43,808 bases of DNA from Candidatus Susulua stagnicola (GTDB lineage: Bacteria; Omnitrophota; Gorgyraeia; Duberdicusellales; 4484-171), in assembly GCA_030765735.1 (NCBI GenBank), contig JAVCBZ010000051.1, positions 1 to 43,808 of the forward strand, given 5' to 3'. The translations under genes were made by a program, and so were the position numbers. Positions 43,076-43,808 of this stretch are shown here, in pieces; the stretch's first letter is position 1, and each line of letters starts with the position of its first letter. The notes beneath the pieces were generated by a model. It was not told the origin of the DNA, searched no databases, and was given only the letters and a program-made list of their open reading frames with translations.

Positions 43076-43540
43076 ATGAAAGTAATTGAAGCTGCAAAAA
43101 CAGATATCATTAAAGTTAAGCGTTCTTTAACTCTAAGAAGCTTGTTGGATATGTTTAAGGACTTTCACACTACCCCTTTAATTCCTGTAGTTGACGCTTG
43201 GGACCATTTGACTGGTGTTGTCTATCCTGAGAGTTTGCTAGATCTATTAAGACCTGTTCAGGCAAAGTTATTCCGGAATGTTCCTTTTATGGAGATGGAC
43301 GAAGATGCCTTTGACTTAGAGTCAATTCCTTCTATGGGAGAGTTGATTATTGTTGACGACATTGTGGATATAAATTTCATCTCAATTAAAGCTGAAGATT
43401 CTTTGGAAGAAGCTTATAAGATTATGCACTTTAATAAAAAAGAGTGTTTGCCTGTTGTTGATGACCAAGGAAAAATTATTGGGATATTGGGGATCTTTGA
43501 CATCATTTGGAGGATGTTTAAAGAGAAAGAAGTCGTATAA
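43076..43540 (+). CDS. CBS-pair domain protein
   Basis: Two CBS-like repeats (PLIPVVDAWDHLTGVV... and CLPVVDDQGKIIGILGIFDI). Confidence 0.7.
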   Translation: MKVIEAAKTDIIKVKRSLTLRSLLDMFKDFHTTPLIPVVDAWDHLTGVVYPESLLDLLRPVQAKLFRNVPFMEMDEDAFDLESIPSMGELIIVDDIVDINFISIKAEDSLEEAYKIMHFNKKECLPVVDDQGKIIGILGIFDIIWRMFKEKEVV

Positions 43541-43551
43541 AAACATATCTA

Positions 43552-43808
43552 ATGATTAACAATCCAATCTTAAGCTTAGCAATTATATTTATTTTAAGTT
43601 TTTTTGCTTCACGATTAACTAAAAAACTTAGAATACCGACTGTAACTACTTATGTAGTTTTGGGAATAATAATTTCACCTGGTTTATTAAATTTAATTTC
43701 CAAAGAGTTTTTAGCAACTTCTGATTTTTTTTCTCAAATTGTTCTTGGTATGATTGCTTTTAGTTTAGGAGAGAACTTTTCTCTAAGTATCTTACGAAGA
43801 GTGGGGAG
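43552..43808 (+). CDS. Cation:proton antiporter (CPA2/Kef-NapA type), N-terminal 85 codons; continues beyond the window
   Basis: LSLAIIFILSFFASRLTKKLRIPTVTTYVVLGIIISPGLLNLI...QIVLGMIAFSLGENF is typical of the TM1-TM3 region of Na_H_Exchanger family proteins. Confidence 0.7.
   Translation, partial: MINNPILSLAIIFILSFFASRLTKKLRIPTVTTYVVLGIIISPGLLNLISKEFLATSDFFSQIVLGMIAFSLGENFSLSILRRVG

Overview
AT-rich bacterial chromosomal segment of about 55 protein genes and one tRNA, every one on the + strand. Most of it is housekeeping. It includes miaB / TPR-SPOR / miaA / hflX / hpf and a CIRCE-controlled hrcA-grpE-dnaK-dnaJ operon. Further genes are accD, a MalK-like ABC ATPase, two tandem GGDEF cyclases, pgi, pta-ackA, panD, def, trxB, hisF-hisI-trpE, rpsP, yajC-secDF, a compact mfd and surA-like/pdxA/rsmA. 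The window ends with an ion-homeostasis cluster: yggT, a one-pore-module RCK_C protein, a PtsN-like EIIA, a CBS protein and a CPA2 antiporter. SurA-like and SPOR proteins plus the surA-pdxA-rsmA order suggest a diderm organism, but I cannot place it taxonomically from sequence alone. Three regions look accessory. (1) 464-1900 holds a transposase relic and a RhuM-Doc/Fic toxin-like gene, bracketed by a perfect 26-bp direct repeat that duplicates the first codons of miaB. (2) 24453-29700 starts with a repeat-dense intergenic region: inverted copies of a hairpin element around a GC-rich nested palindrome, then tandem operator-like palindromes. tRNA-Glu(CUC) follows, and then a four-gene module of an XRE-cupin regulator, a YgeY-like M20 protein that appears to lack its metal ligands, a full-length acetate-kinase paralog and a degenerate acetate-kinase-like protein. 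This module is my best candidate for an undescribed system. (3) 40461-41461 holds a class-A beta-lactamase-like gene joined to a 28-codon relic of an NSS-family transporter. There are also in-frame purine-rich 21-nt, 15-nt and 6-nt repeats shared between unrelated genes (miaB, grpE, hisI), and a family of palindromic hairpins. All calls come from reading the translations and the DNA by eye. No database search was run.
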